A DNA stretch of 49,083 nt from contig CAXHAT010000035.1 in the NCBI GenBank assembly GCA_964014485.1, positions 1 through 49,083 of the forward strand. Reading direction: 5' to 3'. The translations under genes were made by a program, and so were the position numbers. Below are positions 47,716-49,083 of the stretch, piece after piece (the stretch's first letter is position 1; the number at the start of each line of letters is the position of its first letter). The notes below the pieces were generated by a model. That model was not told the DNA's origin. It worked only from the letters and a program-made list of their open reading frames with translations, and ran no database searches. Source of the DNA: an uncultured Deferribacteres bacterium. Lineage in GTDB: Bacteria; Zhuqueibacterota; Zhuqueibacteria; Zhuqueibacterales; Geothermadaptataceae.

Positions 47716-49040
47716 CGAATCGCATCCAGCGCTTGGAAATACTTTTGAGCAAGCGGGCCTTGAGGACGCGTTGCTTGTCCTGGCGACGGCGTTTCCTGCG
47801 GCAAAATTTGCCAAAACGCACTGCGCACAGCGACGAGACAATCAGAACAAAACTCCTGCGGCTCTTCGTCCGCGCTTGCAATAAAACCGCGCAATTTCTG
47901 CAAGGCGTCCAAATAATTTCCCGGCTCTGAAATCGCAGCTTCAGCCAGTTTTTGGCCAGCGCGTTCGAGCGTCAGGATCGCGTCATCAGCAGCTCGTTTA
48001 TCTTTGCTGAAAATGTCCTCAATCACTTTCAATCCCGCACGAATTTCAGGCATGGTTACAGCGCTCTCAGCTTGCCCGCTCACACGCTTTTGCGCAATTT
48101 CGTCTAAATCGCCGCTCAAACGTTTTTCCAATGGTTGCAACGGCGGCGGCTCAAAACCGATCCGCTTGACGTACAGACGCGAACGCTGCTGTACGCTTTT
48201 GAGCAATTTTAGCGCCTGGTACTCGTAAGGCAGAGCTTTCTTCGGCTCAAACAATCGCAATTGCAATTCCGCGTCCCACATTTCCGTGAGCGCGTCTTTT
48301 AATTGCGAACGGACGGATTGCGAGAACAGGGTCGCGTTTTCAGCATTGTCGTGGTCGTGCATAAATTGCTGGACTAATTCGTCGTCGTTGCCGAGCGGAA
48401 CGCCGTCCGCAGCCAGATCGAGCCCGACAAAGCCCTGAGTAGGATCGAAAACCAATTCTTCCGCATGAGCGTGCCCGCCAAAAGCGTCATCTTCACTTTC
48501 CAAGCCAAGTTCTTCCAGATCAAACTCGCTTTCAGAAAGCCCGCTGTCAAATTCTTCGCCGAGAAACTGCCCGTACCGCAAGCGCAGCGATTTCTGATCG
48601 TGCGCAAGCTCGTTTGAACGCGACTTGAAATCGCCCGCGCTGATTTCGTCCTTTTCTTTGATCAGCTCAATCGTATCAATGATGATCTGCCGCTGACTGC
48701 GGAAATAATCCGGCATAATGTTCACGGCAATGCCGTCAGTGGAAAGCGCCATCACCTCGGAAGTGTCGCGAATAACGACAAAATGCGTTTCGGTGCGCGC
48801 CAGATTCGGCTCCGGCTCGCGGTTATCGACGGCCTCGACATAGAAATACAATTCGTCGCCGGGCGCCATGCCAAGATGGTTGAGATCGATAGTTTTTGAG
48901 TAGCGACCAAATCTCTTCTCATTTTTTCGAGCGTCAAATTGCAGCGTGTCTTCGCGGAATTTCACATTTTCGCCGCCGCCCTTTGTGACCGTCGCAATGA
49001 TGAAGGTTTTCGAAATTTGATAATCGTCGCTCATCAAGGC
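47712..49040 (-). CDS. DUF4175-like protein, C-terminal part (5' end truncated by the contig end)
   Basis: MAPGDELYFYVEAVDN, PDYFRSQRQIIIDT, LRLRYGQFLGEE and ALPYEYQALKLLK; the N-terminal MYKRQ in the ORF track is adapter. Confidence 0.7.
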   Translation of the reverse strand, partial: ALMSDDYQISKTFIIATVTKGGGENVKFREDTLQFDARKNEKRFGRYSKTIDLNHLGMAPGDELYFYVEAVDNREPEPNLARTETHFVVIRDTSEVMALSTDGIAVNIMPDYFRSQRQIIIDTIELIKEKDEISAGDFKSRSNELAHDQKSLRLRYGQFLGEEFDSGLSESEFDLEELGLESEDDAFGGHAHAEELVFDPTQGFVGLDLAADGVPLGNDDELVQQFMHDHDNAENATLFSQSVRSQLKDALTEMWDAELQLRLFEPKKALPYEYQALKLLKSVQQRSRLYVKRIGFEPPPLQPLEKRLSGDLDEIAQKRVSGQAESAVTMPEIRAGLKVIEDIFSKDKRAADDAILTLERAGQKLAEAAISEPGNYLDALQKLRGFIASADEEPQEFCSDCLVAVRSAFWQILPQETPSPGQATRPQGPLAQKYFQALDAIR

Positions 49041-49073
49041 CTGTCTCTTATACACATCTGACGCTGCCGACGA
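49041..49073 (-). other. Nextera read-1 adapter (sequencing artefact)
   Basis: Exact CTGTCTCTTATACACATCTGACGCTGCCGACGA, followed by a probable 8-nt index GCTTCTTG. Confidence 0.98.
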
Positions 49074-49083
49074 GCTTCTTGGT

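Noticed and set aside
29..49059. Whole window as a Tn5-like transposon bounded by 19-bp inverted repeats
   Set aside because: The repeats are the mosaic ends of library adapters, with primer tails and indices attached; no transposase is present

Overview
This is a whole bacterial contig with Nextera adapter left at both ends (14-47 and 49041-49073). Secreted proteins ending in QNYPNPFN C-terminal domains, TamB, a TonB-dependent receptor and several Bacteroidota-like genes suggest a diderm FCB-group organism such as KSB1 or Calditrichota (inference). The left end carries a heme cluster: a HemE-HemH fusion, HemY and HemL. The most unusual structure follows hemL. Its last ~80 codons recur twice as 5'-truncated copies (6521-6760, ~11635-11897), and each copy closes a block of accessory cargo. 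Block 1 holds a hypothetical gene and a YefM/YoeB toxin-antitoxin pair. Block 2 holds a sigma70 promoter, a PLD-type nuclease, a serine hydrolase and a Ser-variant gamma-glutamyltransferase, separated by integron attC-like sites, with no integrase in the window. The rest is ordinary or accessory genes (MeaB, CBS, RecQ, an NrfC-NrfD fusion, AraC, CotH, TamB, PEPCK, ankyrin, a DUF4175-like gene). The intergenic spaces contain several palindromic repeat families. One is a MITE family (three copies, ~20-bp terminal inverted repeats, 8-bp target-site duplications) whose copies carry different internal cargo. A candidate structured RNA leader precedes the ankyrin gene. No rRNA, tRNA, CRISPR array, transposase or integrase was found. 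Product calls come from motif recognition by eye, not database searches.
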